A stretch of 62,907 nucleotides of DNA, filler included, from Octopus bimaculoides (taxonomy: Eukaryota): assembly GCF_001194135.2 (NCBI RefSeq). It is 5 parts of 5 records of this genome, joined end to end, with 100 filler letters (N's around TTAATTAATTAA, not from the genome) between each part and the next. Parts side by side here need not be neighbours in the genome. Positions count along the whole stretch, not along the records: positions 25,317 to 45,843 come from NC_068983.1; 4 more parts are not named here. The stretch is one strand, 5' to 3'. Shown here piece by piece: positions 27,415-41,635 of the stretch; the stretch's first letter is position 1, and every line of letters begins with the position of its first letter. The notes beneath the pieces were generated by a model. It made no database searches. It was not told where the DNA came from and saw only the letters and a list, made by a program, of their open reading frames with translations. A program made the position numbers and the translations under genes.

Positions 27415-28408
27415 GCGCGCGCGCACACACACACAACAATATGTGTATGTATGTATGTATGTATGTATATCCACTCAATATTCTTCAGGACTTGCTTTAT
27501 AACTGACAAAATTGCACTAATGATTTTGTCAATTCGGCACCTTTGTGCGATGCTACTGCGGCCAGGATGATGTGAATATTGTGTACAGTCCATTAGAAAA
27601 TTGTATGTCTAGGAAAACCAGACGCTTCATAATGGTTTCTGATTTAAGTACAAGGCCAGTAAAGGGGAGGAGTAAATCGATTTCATCGACCCTCGTACTT
27701 TACTTGTACTTTATCTTATCGATCTCAGGAGGATGAAAAGTAATGTTATCCTCAGCGGGATTTGAACTTAGTATTTAAAGAACCAGAAGAAATACCGATT
27801 TTTTTTTCTGATGCCCCAATGATTCTGCCTCCTTTTAGATGCCTTATCTAGTCAAGCGATTCATTTTTCAAACAAACCGCTTTAGCAGATTTGTAAGCCC
27901 CTAGAAAAATCACTGCACTGGACCCTATAGTATTTCTTTATTAACAGCAAGCCTCTACAGACATACATCAGAATTGGGCCCCTGAGCATCCGCCCAGTGT
28001 GCTCATGACTTAAGACGGCCCTAATTCAAAGATCAAATCCTATCGGTTTTCAACTTTATAACAGCAGTTTTCCTTTAATTATCTTTTGTCTTGCCGCTGA
28101 AAATATGCTGCGAGAGGCTCCGAGTAGCACAAGAATATAATATCCACAGTTCTAAGAATTCTGCTGAAAATAAGGATTTGTTACAATGGCACGGGTTTGC
28201 AAAATGTTAGAGAAATTGTAAAATTAACTTGGAACACAAAAAGACGAAGATATACGCTGTGAGGTTTTCTTTTGATTTTGTCGTCTCTGTTTTTATAATT
28301 AATTAGAGTTCGCCTTTCTGGTGATTGATAACATGAATGAAAATCATTCGTGTTACCGATTAAAGCATTTCACCATAAATGCAACCTTGTGCCTATATTA
28401 GAAATTAT

Positions 28409-28627
28409 TGGTTTCAAATTTTAGCACACTGCTAGCAATTTCGAGGAAGTAAGGTAAATCAATTACGCCGACCCCCAGTGCTCAACTGTTACTTATTTTA
28501 TTGACCCCCAAAGGATGAAAGACAAAGTCGACCTCGGCGGAATATGAACTTAGAACGTAAAGACGGACGAAATGCCGCTAAGCATTTTACCTGGCAAGCT
28601 AACGATTCTGCCAGCTTACTGCCTTAA
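28409..28627 (-). mobile_element. SINE family A
   Basis: GGATGAAAGACAAAGTCGACCTCGGCGGAATATGAACT...GATTCTGCCAGCT, reverse complement of the family A head. Confidence 0.8.
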
Positions 28628-29784
28628 TATATAATTTAGGTAATAAAATGTCAGCACGTCCTTTTATGACACACTTCAAAATAATGGGAGGTGGGGAACT
28701 TTTTACGAAAAAACTGTTTTGAAATTATTTTTCTTTACATAAATTATATATATATGTGTGTATAGCTGTGTGTATATGCATACGCGCACACATAGATTGA
28801 GGGAAATAACGTACGTTTTTCTTTCTAAAATCGTAAGTGTTCGTTTAAATCCATGAAAATCCGATACTCTGGAAACAGCCCCTCAATACAGCGATCATCA
28901 TAATTTTTTTTTAAAACACCAACAAAAACAAAAATGTATTTAAAAACAATAGTAAAACCGTATTTATGAATCTTTTTTTTTTTTTTTTGCGACACCTATA
29001 CAATATGATACATCTAAATCTAAGTTGAGTATAGAAAAATATACTGTTTTTACTTTCACAAACTATATTTAGTTTTCTCTTAGTCTTTCAGATACTTAAT
29101 TTCCTGCGAGCTTTTTCAAATAATAATAATAACGCCAGTGTGGTCGTGGGTTAAATAGGCATGAACACATAATTTTACAAAGAAAACGTTATTTCTCTCA
29201 TTCTATATGTGCTTGTGGCGGCGGCTGTAGACTTTAAAAAATTATGGATTTTCATGGATTTCAACATTTTTTTTTCTTTGTGGTAGAGAAAATCTTGTGA
29301 GATCACGTTTGAATGCGTAGCGCAATAAAAAAATTCGAAGAAGCTTCTGAGGAGGTGCAGAACGAACAGGTAGGGTAGATTTTTTTTTTTTTTTTCCATA
29401 AAAAGTTTTCCCCTATCATCCTCCTCCAAAATTTTGGGACAAGGCCAGCAGTTTCGTGGGAGCGAAGTAAATTGCTTACGTCGAAACCCCGTGCTCAACT
29501 GGTACTATTTTATCGATCCCTAATCGATAAAAAGGCAGACATGAAAGACATGCAAAACGTTCAAGAGATAAACTACCGTCAAACAGAGTCGGATAAGATT
29601 CCCAGATGAATCTTACTTAAAACGCTTGGGAGAATGTAAGACAAATTTTCACTGCCTTTTTACAGGCGGAGGAGGTCTGGTCCCTGCCATAGAAATCACG
29701 CTAATACATGGTTGAACATAAACAAATAAAATTTTTGTCACTTGTGCGTAAGTGTGTTCGTGATAGTATGTATGTGTGCACGCG

Positions 29785-29826
<42 letters not shown>

Positions 29827-30212
29827 TACATACATACATACATATACACACATATATATATATATCGGAAATTTTAGAAAAAAAATATAAATAATAAATG
29901 GAGTGGTAATTGAACCCGGTGAATGTGTTAGATATTAAGGCATTAGGGCAGTATGATTCTCCCCAGACACAACAATATATATATACATGTGTGTAAATAT
30001 ATATATATATATGTGTGTGTATATATATGATGTGATTGTGATATGATAGTATATACGTGTGTGTATGTACGTGCGTAAATACTTACGTCTATGTATGTAT
30101 GTATTTATGTTTGTATGCGCTTACGTACATACGTTCGTGTGTATAAGTATGTACTAACTGTACTGTATATTCAGTATGCAAAGAATTTTCTTCTTTGAAA
30201 ATATATTCTTAC

Positions 30213-30560
30213 CGTTCCATAACGTCAGGCTGTTTCAAAACGAGGATCCGCTTCTTTCTGTACTTCAATACCAGAACGGCATAAATTAAAGGTGCCGAAC
30301 AGATGTTTTCTAGTGTCCCGATTTCACTACTTGACAGGCTTGTAGCAGTTGACTAATATATGTATTCAATGGCCACAACGATATGTTCCCTGACCACGTC
30401 ATCAAGGGCCATTCGTAACTGACCACTGACTGCTGACTGGGGTAGAGGCAAAGTTGTCGTTAACAATAGCTCTTCTTTGTGTACAATGTAAAAATGGGTG
30501 TGTTCATCACTCTTGGGCGGAGAGCATATCCTTGTCAAATAACCAGTAGGTTCTCATTTT
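30213..30560 (-). other. Candidate host first exon (UTR plus ATG GAA CG|GTAAGA donor)
   Basis: Non-repetitive sequence; minus-strand GTTATGGAACG|GTAAGAA with ATG at 30220-30218; no downstream exon identified. Confidence 0.3.
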
Positions 30561-31699
30561 GTCGTTTTGTTGTTGCTGTTTTTTGTGTGTGTGTGTATTT
30601 GTTTTTATCTAATTTCTTTAAAATACTCTAAATATAAATGCTTTTTGACCTCGTTTATTTGTGTGTTAGCACGTGTGTTTATGTAAATGTATGTGAGTGT
30701 TCTAATGTTTTTATGTGTGTAATTGTGGTGAATGTTGGCATGCTTTAGAGTTGTAGTTGGTTTTATATTTTAGCTAGCGCTCTTATTTCCGTGTTATTAT
30801 TGTTGTAGTAGTTCGTGATGATGATGTCTATGTTAGAAACTATAATTTTTCGATATGTTGTCGTTGTTGGTATGATGTTAATATTGATTTCGTTCAATAA
30901 GTACACGATCATAAATTAGGTGATCGAGAACAGTCAATTATATTGATTCCTGTGTTTTTGTGCACCTTGAAAAGTTGAAAGGCAAAGTTGATCTCCGCAG
31001 GATTTGAACTCATAACGTATATAATAGTAAGTAAATACCGCATGCGCTGGTATGAAACGAGCAGTGTCGGTAGAATATTAAAATTATGTACAAAATTCGT
31101 CAGAAATTTCAGCTTTTGGATAAGAATAAATGTCTTAAAATATTTAGTTTGTTGTTTCACTATTCTAAAATTAAATACTATTGGTTTCACCATTCTCATA
31201 AATAGCCATTTATTTTTATTGTTTTTATTTCACTACTAAACATAAGCTCCCATTTAGCTTCCGTGTGATACCTCGACCTACTAAAAGTAGAAGTTAAATT
31301 TTCTTGAATTATATCCCAATCTCATAATTAAAAAAAGAACAAGACACACACGATATTGTATCCCTAGATATACAAACTATGCGACGGTCACGGCTAGAAC
31401 ACCATTAGTTAAGCGCCTACTCAGTCAGAGTTGACCTGATTGAATAGGCGCATGTTGTCTAAACACCATCACACAATAGCAGAGACTGTCAAAAACTGGA
31501 CTAAATATTCGGCGATATTTAAGTCTTATGTTCTGAATTCTGATACCCACAAAGATCTATCTAATGACGATAATATATGCATCAGTAAAAGACAGGGGTA
31601 AGTTCAATTACCTGTATGCCGTCTCTTGACACCTATTGTTCACAAAAGTTGTTAATAATCATGGTTATCCTAATGAATCAATATGCGTTTATTATGATA

Positions 31700-32610
31700 G
31701 ATCCAGTTCTTTTCGTTATTATTAGTTAGCGCCAATAACCATTGTAAGTTCTTCGAGAGTCGTAAGATTGACGTCGCTAATGTTACTCACGAACAGTTGC
31801 AAGTTGGCCACTATACGAAAAGCTTGCGTAGGAAAGAAATTGTAGAAGGTCGACGTTCAAAGAACAGAAGTCTGGATACCGTTGTTGGAATGGGACTAAT
31901 AGAAAGTGAACTCAGTATGGGCAATGAGAAAAGGAAAGACGAGTGAGAATAGATTGCCTGCGTAAATGTGGCCTTATACCAGCCAGACATGAGGAATAGA
32001 ATCAATAGCAGAAAATAAATACCCCGTTTTCCAAAGACTGGAGTACGATAGAATTGATCAGTCGAGTGACCTTTCTCTAGATGATATTAAAATTTTTGCA
32101 TCTGTAGCAACAGCAGCATCTCAGATGTGTGAGCAGTACTCCATTGTGAATCTCAGTTGAGCTTTGTAGAGGGTTAGTAATTGATAAGAGATAAAGTATT
32201 TTCTAGCCCTGCTAGGAAAGACCAGTGATTCAAATGCAATCTTTGTTATGCTACGGATGTGTATTCACTCGGTGACATCCTTGGTGACATGGGCCCCAAG
32301 CATTGAAAGCAATCGTGTGTTCATATTGTATGTTTGTGTTGCCCACGTTTAAAATAATGTTAAGTGTTTTCCTGATTGATACAGGCGGTAATTTTTTTTT
32401 TTTTTTTTTTTTTTTTTAGAAGTGTGTTGTTGAATGTGACAAGCTTAGCATGATATCATTTGGAGATGTTTCTGGCGTTTCTGTTCATGGTATTAGTGCA
32501 GATTTGGTCTTAAACGTCGAGGTTGCATGTGGATGACGCTTGGATGAGGGAGGCTAGGCAAGTAATGAATGATAGTATCATCTGCGTAGGAATGAGCATT
32601 GTTAGAAGTG
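31700..32610 (-). mobile_element. CR1/L2-group LINE, RT C-terminal remnant
   Basis: HSYADDT (YADD at 32588-32577) and RARKYF..QLLTLYKAQLRFTMEYCSHI with stops and frameshifts. Confidence 0.8.
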
Positions 32611-33649
32611 AAGGACAAACAAATTGTTTTCATTTAAAAGCTTATCACTTTTAAGTTTTAATTTACTCCTGTTTTACCGCATCAATTTTTCATTGTATTC
32701 TGATAGTTAATCTTTTTATTTTCAAATTGTCGTCTGATCGGTAGGTTTTGACATTGATATTATATTATGCCTCTTGGATAGCAAGCTTATTTTCAATAAT
32801 TCATAACGATTATGATATTCTTATGACCATTTAGAAAACAGCATTTTCATCATCATCACTATTTTTCTTATTGTTATTGATTTTATTGCTCTTGTTATTG
32901 TTCACTGTCGTAGCTAAACGTGTTTTATGAAGCACGTTGAATCTGTCTTATTTTCCTTTCTAGAGGTTCGCAAATTGTTAATTATGTTTTAGCTTGTTGT
33001 TAAGCTGACTAAGACTGAAAAGAAAGATTGGTTGATCTTTTTATAACTCACTCTACTGGACAAAATTTAGAAAGCAAGAAAATTTATTTGAAATTAAAAC
33101 TAAATTTTCAAAATGACTTCCATATTTTCGTTCTTGAAAGCCGGCCAACAGGACAGAAAGCGGGAAAGTAATTTTAAAGGTAAAACTATCGTTCGCAAAA
33201 AGCACCTATCACCACACAACACTGCAACCGTAGTAATAACCAGCAACTGTCGCTGCACCATCGGTGGTAAAGCAGCAGTATTAGCAGCAATAGAAACTGC
33301 AGCAGAAACAGCGACAGAAGCAGAAGCAACAGCAGCAACAGCAACAGCAGCAATAACAGTGACAACAACAAAAACAAAAGTAGCACCAGCAGTAGCTACA
33401 TTATATTAAACAAAGAAGCAGATGGATAACTGGCACCGAGGCCCACAAAATCACCAGCGGAAGACGAGAGTTCATTGCCATCGCTAACACCTCTGTAACA
33501 ACTAACAGGGGTGACAGCAAACGAACCACTGTCACCATACTAATAAGTGATAACAGCAATAACAACAAAACGAAGCTAACAGAATAAGTGACAACAGCAG
33601 GAGTAAAAGTCATTCTTTGCTGATGTTGCATAAAGTCTTGATTTCGCCC

Positions 33650-34256
33650 CATGAGACAAACGCCATCAATACATGGAAGACACAAACCAAGACATCGACT
33701 AACGAGTGATCTAGGTAGAAACCAAGAAGAGGTGATTAGAAACGTCATCGTGTTTCCAAGCAAGACTAGCCCTCGATCAATCCTTCAAACAAATCACAGA
33801 GGATGCATGGTCAGAGCTAAGGATCGTTTTCAGTGATCCCAGATGGTGGAAGCGCAACGTGAAAACAAAGCAGTCAGTGATATACAGGAGCAAAGTCACG
33901 CTGAACACTTGCTGTCACATGGATCTGACTACAAGCTGAGTCCATTGAGAAGATCGTCTCGCCGCTTTCCTTTAAGCGGAAATAGCAGCCTTTATTTCTT
34001 TGATGGCTTTGTCGAAAGACGTTGTGAGATGGATGAGATGAATGGGTTGAAGACAGGTACCTTTCATTTTGTCCAAATTCTCAACTTGAGAAGAAAAATG
34101 AGGATTATGAGGGAAGCGCTGACTCCCAGCAAATATGTTACAAAGTAGATATGAATGGCCAGCATGATCCGAGTGAACGGGCCAGCCTTGAGTACGTGCC
34201 TGTAAATTGGAGGAAAAGGACTGGGAGAGGATTCTTTCTTTAGTGATCAGGGGACG

Positions 34257-34260
<4 letters not shown>
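33650..34260 (+). mobile_element. L1/Tx1-like LINE 3' remnant
   Basis: Broken translation ..AEHLLSH..GLKTGTF..LRRKMRIMREALTPSKYVTK*..MIRVNGPALSTCL resembles Tx1-type ORF2 C-termini (recalled similarity, not aligned). Confidence 0.45.
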
Positions 34261-34348
<88 letters not shown>

Positions 34349-34380
34349 NNNNNNNNNNNNNNNNNNNNNNNNNNNNTCTA

Positions 34381-34424
<44 letters not shown>

Positions 34425-34655
34425 AGACAAGTTTATATCTGTGACTTGTCTCATATATCACTCTGTGAAAAGACCAGTTTGTCTGGAGCCCAACCACAGT
34501 TTTACGATATAGGATTGTGATGAACCATAACCTTCGACCCCACCATAAGAATACTTGACGTTCTTCACTAGTCTAAACAATATTGCTAGCCTGGTGTACC
34601 AACAGAGACCTAAAGAAATATTTTGCCCGGACTGATAATCCCTCACTATTAGCTA

Positions 34656-34691
<36 letters not shown>

Positions 34692-34959
34692 TGTATGTAT
34701 GTATGTATGTATGTATGTATGTACCTCACCACTATACACACCGCCCTTGCCAGAGAACGTGTTTCTGCTCTCTCCCCCCGCACCTGCCCCGCCGTCAACC
34801 ATCACCCGTTTCCCCCTCACCTGGCTTTTCGTCAGAAAGAGGAATGGTCTGGAGAGAAGGAGATGAATAGCCTGAAGTAGTTTGGTATAGTATTGTACAA
34901 AGTTAAACACAGTTAAAAGTCAATACAGAAAGAAACAAACTGTTTCAAAGAAAAAATAA

Positions 34960-35150
34960 TATAGAAATATTTAAGTGTAAGGAGGCGACAAAATGAAGGA
35001 AATAGACCAGGAGTAATGCTGTTCCAAGAGACAGAGTTAGGAAAGGAATTGATGAACAGATGTGCATGTCTCAGTGTGAATGCGCTTTGCAGCATATACA
35101 TGTTGGTGAGAACTGTGCTCGTCTGTGTTTTGGATGGGTATGGATATGCG
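34960..35150 (-). mobile_element. CR1-like ORF2 extreme C-terminus remnant
   Basis: FINSFPNSVSWNSITPGLFPS resembles the SFFPRTxxxWNSLPxxVFP end motif. Confidence 0.4.
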
Positions 35151-35824
35151 TAAATGTGTAAATTTATCGACGTTAGTGTGAGCTTAAAAGGTATGTCGGT
35201 GTTTGTGTGCGAGTATGTAGTTACGTAACGTGAATGCATGTTCAAATAAACGTAACGGAGATACGATGCATATAAAGCAATGTATGATAGAACATAGAAA
35301 CAAAAGAAAAACTAATCAATACGAAGCGGAAAGTAATAACAGAAGTGTAAATTTATGTTAGATACGTATAGAAACTTACATGCATACATATATACACGTA
35401 GATATGTGTGTGTGTATATGTGTGTGTGTATATGTGAGTGCACATTCACACATTCATATATATACACGTATGCATGTATACGTGTACAAATGCATAAATA
35501 TACACACACATAAATATACATACATACGTTTACATATTCACACATACATTTCTATTCATTTCTTCTATTCACGTTTAATTGTCATTTACTATCACAATTG
35601 CTCTAAATGACTCTGATTAAATTATAAATTAAACTAAATAACTGTTATGAAGTAGTATAATGTCTACATTAATTATTCTTTTACATATATTTTATATTAA
35701 ATTTATATTGAATTATACTGTACTTGACGTCTCTTCACACTTTTATGTAAAATAAATAAATCATCGGAGATGAACTTGCTTAGTAAGTGACCTGATCTGA
35801 GATCGTGTGCTGAAACAAAAACAA

Positions 35825-36092
35825 TTGCAGCGTGGAAGGTGTTTATAAGTCATTTAGAAACACACAAAATCCGTTAGATTCACTTCAACATTTAAATTTA
35901 ATTTGCTAAAATATTTTCGTCGCTTTGAGATCGCGACCTGTTCACTCACAAAATTCCGTGCTGCAGTCAGTGAACAGTTCACGGTCTCAAAGCGACGAAA
36001 ATATTTTGGCAAATTAAATTTAAATGTTGAAGTGAATCTAACGGTTTTTGTATGTTATTTTAAATGGCTTATAAACACCTTCCACGCTGCAA
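35825..36092. repeat. Near-perfect palindrome, about 122-bp arms and 22-nt loop
   Basis: TTGCAGCGTGGAAGGTGTTTATAAG...CTGTTCACT (35825-35946) pairs with AGTGAACAG...CTTATAAACACCTTCCACGCTGCAA (35969-36092). Confidence 0.95.
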
Positions 36093-36996
36093 ATAAATCA
36101 TCATTGATGTGATTTTATTGCGATTTCTTCTTATTATTCATGGAAAAGACAAACTATATATGGCAGAAAGTAGTGGATTGAACTCTAGACTCTACACATA
36201 TTCAAAATATGTATGTCTTGCTGTTCGAAGTTGAAATACTTTCTAATACACTATTAGAGTTTTTACAAATAACACAATGATGTAGATTCAATCAACTTTG
36301 CCCTCCCTCTTAAACAAGTCACAAGTATGTGCATATATCAATACATACATACACACACACACACACATGCACACAATCACACACATACGTAATACATACA
36401 TACATACATACATACATACATACATACATACAAACATGCATACATACATATATATAATATATACACACACATATAACCTTGTATTCAATATTATATTACA
36501 TTATATACACTTAGGATATTTATTATTTATTATATACATATTCTAACACACACACACTCATATTTGTATAAGTTTGTGTATAATCTCATTGCTTTTATAG
36601 GTGTCCTTGCTGATGATGCCGGCATTATCATTTATGTAAACAGTTTTATGACCAGAAACAAAATGGAATTCGTAAGCTTCAAACGGAGTTAAATGAAATG
36701 TGACGACCATGTGCATAGTAACGGTGTATATTGTATGCTAGTAATAAGTGTGGCAGTATAGTGTAACAAAATACACTGATATTGTAACTTGTACGGTAAA
36801 GGGTATTCTGCTGAATGATATAATTAATAACCCTCAGACGGCAACTTAATTTACATATCCAATATTTACATATTAATCATTACAATTTTTATTCACTGGA
36901 AAATTTGTCTTTCCACGTCGAAACTGCGAGTCTGTTGTTTTAGTTAATGTTGCTGTTTGTCTTCAAGCCTTCTTTTAGTAAGCCCATCATGTAAGG

Positions 36997-37247
36997 CAGA
37001 GATTCTCAACCATGTTTTTCCTATGGACCCCTTTGATTCCTATTTTTCTCGACTGGGCCTCCATAGCCATTTGCTGTGTATATATAAAAAAATCTTACTG
37101 TATTTTTATACTGAAATATTAGGAATTGTATAAAACATTCAAGATATTTTGTATATTGTAGAAGTATTAAAAATTTATTGCTGATAAATCTTAAGAAAAT
37201 TTTATATGGACACCAATGGTCATATGGCTCCCAGTTGAGAGCCCCTG
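36997..37247. mobile_element. hAT MITE
   Basis: CAGAGATTCTCAACC / GTTGAGAGCCCCTG; flanks ATGTAAGG / ATATAAAG (6/8). Confidence 0.7.
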
Positions 37248-38334
37248 ATATAAAGCATCCCTGTTATGATTCGCTCACAAATAGAAAACACATTTCTATT
37301 TACCAAAAAATTTCCATAAACACAGTAGTTGTCGAAGAAACCTTCATGCGCTAATGGTATAGAAAGATTTGCAATATTATTTTAATATTCAACGTATCTG
37401 AGTAGACACTACTTTGTTGGGTTGTTAGAGCTAATGCTATTTGCTGCTCTTGCTTCTTAATACACAATACCGATTGAAAAACAGTTAAGACAGAAGGCAT
37501 TTCAACCAGTATAATCTTTCTGTCTGTTTTCGGGTATACTATACTCGACATTATTCAATAGGCACACTCATGTGTTACTGGTTAAGAAATTCGTTTCGCA
37601 TTCGTGAGGCCTCCGAGTTATTATATTGCTGTGTGTATCTCGATAGCTTAACCGTAGCCTTGAATGAAGTTGGATGAATGGAACTGTGTGGAAGTCTGTT
37701 GAATAGCGTTTTACATCCATTCGGCCTGAGAAGTTATGTTCAGAGTACACATGTCTGTGGAAATCACCTTAATTAAAACGAATAGGTAATTCACTTGATC
37801 TAACAATTGAATGTTCTCATCAAAATCGATGATGAATCTATTCATCGTCATCATCAAAATCAACAACAAATCATTATTCGAACAGCCGTTTTTCAAGATA
37901 TATCGTGTAGTTTAAGGGAAATTTGTCTATTATTTTCAGCAGGCTGAGAGACCACATAGACTCTGCTTTGGTCCTTCGTAGAAAATATTTTATGCTGGTA
38001 TTAATGTTATGTTCTCTATCCATCGTGGATTATGAAGGTCGAAAAGTAGAAACACATAATAAACCTTCTATTATAGCCCAAGTCCAGAGGTGAACTTTAT
38101 TGGAATCCAATCGACTTAATTTCGCGAAGCTACAGCATTAATATTCCATTCTATGGCAATTACTTACAGTTTTGTTGACTGGTTCACTGAAATTACCAGT
38201 AATATTAGAACAATTCACCCTCTCACCACCAATGTATATAATATGTACACACAAGATCGATTTCAATCTATAATTGCCTCTACAAAAGCTAAAACATGCA
38301 CTTGTGCGTTTGCACATATAAATACATACATGTA

Positions 38335-38394
<60 letters not shown>

Positions 38395-39607
38395 ATGCGT
38401 GTGTGCAGACGCGTGCACGTGCATTGTCCCAGTATTCACATTTCTGGATACGTATATATATGCACGACTGGTAGAGTGCTCATTTTAAAAAGCTGCTTTG
38501 TGCAGATAAAAGTAAGCTTCTGTAGTTACGAAATATCGTCTCGGATTCGATTCATAATGAACGCTATTTCCGTTCAATGATCCCACTAAAACAACGCGGA
38601 AAGACATTAATTTTATAAATTGCTAATTCTTATATATCAAAAACAAAGAACACAATCTGCTCTTCTTTTGACAGAGAATACAGAAAATCAGTTATAAAAT
38701 AGCAGATTACAAAAAGTGTAGTTATGTTGAGATTGTTGAATTAACTTAATTATATATACATATATACTAATTTATAAAAAAATATTAAATGCATTGAATA
38801 CCTTAAAAATAGTTCAATTATTTTTATCATATTAACTGAAAGATCAATGGTTCGTGTCTTGTCACGAGCTCCATCAGCTCTCTCAAGTTTCTAGCCAAGA
38901 CAACTCTTGGAGGCTTCAAACAAAGAAGTCAAAGAGAAGCTACTACAAAACTCTGCTTTATACCGGAGACTCCAAATCATTTCGTCATTCGTCTCGCAGA
39001 TCAACGATTTTGATTTTGACCGTTAAGGTGCTAAAGTACTGTAAAATGCATCAGAAACAAACATCCCAGACATCAAGTCTTGTACAACAACCACGGAAAA
39101 GTATTCTATATCTTAACGTATAAATTTTGTTATAACTTCTGCTCGTTTTCCTCTTTTCGTGATATCTGAAACATTGAGCATACTTTTATTGATGATTGCA
39201 TGCATTACAACTTTAAAAAGAGATGATGTTATTATCTGGCTGGCTGTTGAATAATATAATGATTGAATTTCCTACTCCTGCCACCCCACCCCCTTCTAAT
39301 TTCGTTTCCAATTTTTTTCCTGTTCGTTTCTTTTCCAAATTGCTAATAATCTATTTATATTTAAATTGTCATACACGCAAACGGCTGTTGCAAATTCATT
39401 ATACCAATTCATTATTTCTTGACACTGTAATTTTCATTCGTCAGTATCTCCAAAATTTCATTTCATCCTTTTCTTCAGCATTTAATTTAATGTAATGATC
39501 AGAAATTTACTTTATTTTTCCTTCATTTACTTTATTTTCTTGCCTTTGGTGATTTTTGAAATTTTCAATTAAGTCTGCTAATTGATACCAAATTATCAAG
39601 AATTAAA

Positions 39608-39642
39608 TATGAAGGAGGGCTGAAAAGTTCATAGGCTACCAA
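39608..39642 (+). mobile_element. Isolated mariner left TIR
   Basis: TA-TGAAGGAGGGCTGAAAAGTTCATAGGCT, matches the TIR of 55528-56755. Confidence 0.6.
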
Positions 39643-39983
39643 TTTATATACATTAGCATGTCACTTTACATACCTCACGGCCATTACTTCATAGGCTTCT
39701 AATTGTCCCCACATAGACACGCCTAAGAATAAATATGTATATATATATNNNNNNNNNNNNNNNNNNNNNNNNNNNNNNNNNNNNNNNNNNNNNNNNNNNN
39801 NNNNNNNNNNNNNNNNNNNNNNNNNNNNNNNNNNNNNNNNNNNNNNNNNNNNNNNNNNNNNNNNNNNNNNNNNNNNNNNNNNNNNNNNNNNNNNNNNNNN
39901 NNNNNNNNNNNNNNNNNNNNNNNNNNNNNNNNNNNNNNNNNNNNNNNNNNNNNNNNNNNNNNNNNNNNNNNNNNNNNNNNNNN

Positions 39984-40018
<35 letters not shown>

Positions 40019-41233
40019 CACATACACACATGCATACATATATATACACGCACGCACGAACGCTCACGCGTGCACACACACACACATATAATTGATGAAG
40101 GAAACGGAAGATAGATTTAGTACTAGTTTTTATTGAGTACCACGATCGTTTTGACCCATCCTAAAACTGTTTGTTATGGGTAGGATATTGTGTGTCTGAT
40201 AGTCTTGCATCAATCTGTGCAGTTTGTGTGACATCAGGTACATGCATAAAGAAGGGGATTCCCGCTACATCTACTGAGATGTCCTAGGGATTTTGTTCGT
40301 GCCATCAGTTATTATCTCAACTAACACTGCGGAATATATATACCGCAACCGTGAATGACACCAGGTAGCCTAAACTATGAACGTCCTTTACTTAACACAC
40401 TAATTGACATATACCCATTAGTCAAAAAAATTACATACATATATATTTATTTGTATACACATACAACACACGCGCGCGCACATATAAGCTTACATAAGTG
40501 TCTGTGTATACAAGATTTTTCTCTTTTTCTTTCTTTTTTTACGCCGTTTGAATGTTTAATGATTTTAGTCATAATCTGCTGAAAAACCTACAATTTCAAA
40601 CTCTAAATAACTAAGAACTCCCGAAGCAAAACTTTAAAATAAACAGTATCACACGTATTATGAAGATTGTAGATTTACATCGTGAATGCTTGGATTCAGT
40701 TTGGAGGAACTAGAGTTAGAAGTGTGGAAGTTGGTTCTAATGATCTAACTTCCACTTTTATACAGTCTAGGTTTTATACAGACTGTATAAAACCTTTTAT
40801 ACAGTTTTATACAGTCGCTTTTATACAGTCTAGGTTTAGTTAGTTTAAAATATGTTAAACGATGTAAATCAATAGAGACATCATTGAACAATATCAGATA
40901 TAGTGCAAGATATCTTGCAATTGTGGCTTTCACATGGACACCTTGGAAATTGCCGTGAAAATAAGATTGTGCGTCTACTTGGAATCCCAGGATCAAATTT
41001 AAAATGCTGTTGTCTATTTTAATATTTCATAGAATTTTCGCTGCCATGTTATAACGAATTTTGTAAATTAACACTGTTGTTTTTCGTTTTTATTTTTATC
41101 AAGAGAGAGTTAAATATACTAACATTAATATAAAATAACAACTATTATTTAAAGTAACATACATTATTGATAATGTAAATATAGCATAAAATACCTTGAC
41201 ATATAATATGCAATTCATTTGCAAATATCTGTA

Positions 41234-41318
<85 letters not shown>

Positions 41319-41531
41319 ACGGTGCATAGTGCAGCCTACATATGCGTACTCAGATGTTACACTAAATGCTGAATAGTTCTTCTTGAACACAGCTGACAAC
41401 GTAGTTGGCCAAAATACAGTGAAATGCTCGTTGAAAATGTGTGAATGCTTCTCATTCCAACAAAGGAATTTATAGAACAAATGTAATATCATCACAAATA
41501 TGAAATAAGATTTTTCTCTCCGAATGTCCCA

Positions 41532-41635
<104 letters not shown>

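Noticed and set aside
33113-33650. Ala/Thr- or Ser/Asn-rich ORFs as a host exon
   Set aside because: CAG/CAA low complexity with stops in all frames nearby; may be part of the adjacent Tx1-like remnant, but unsupported.
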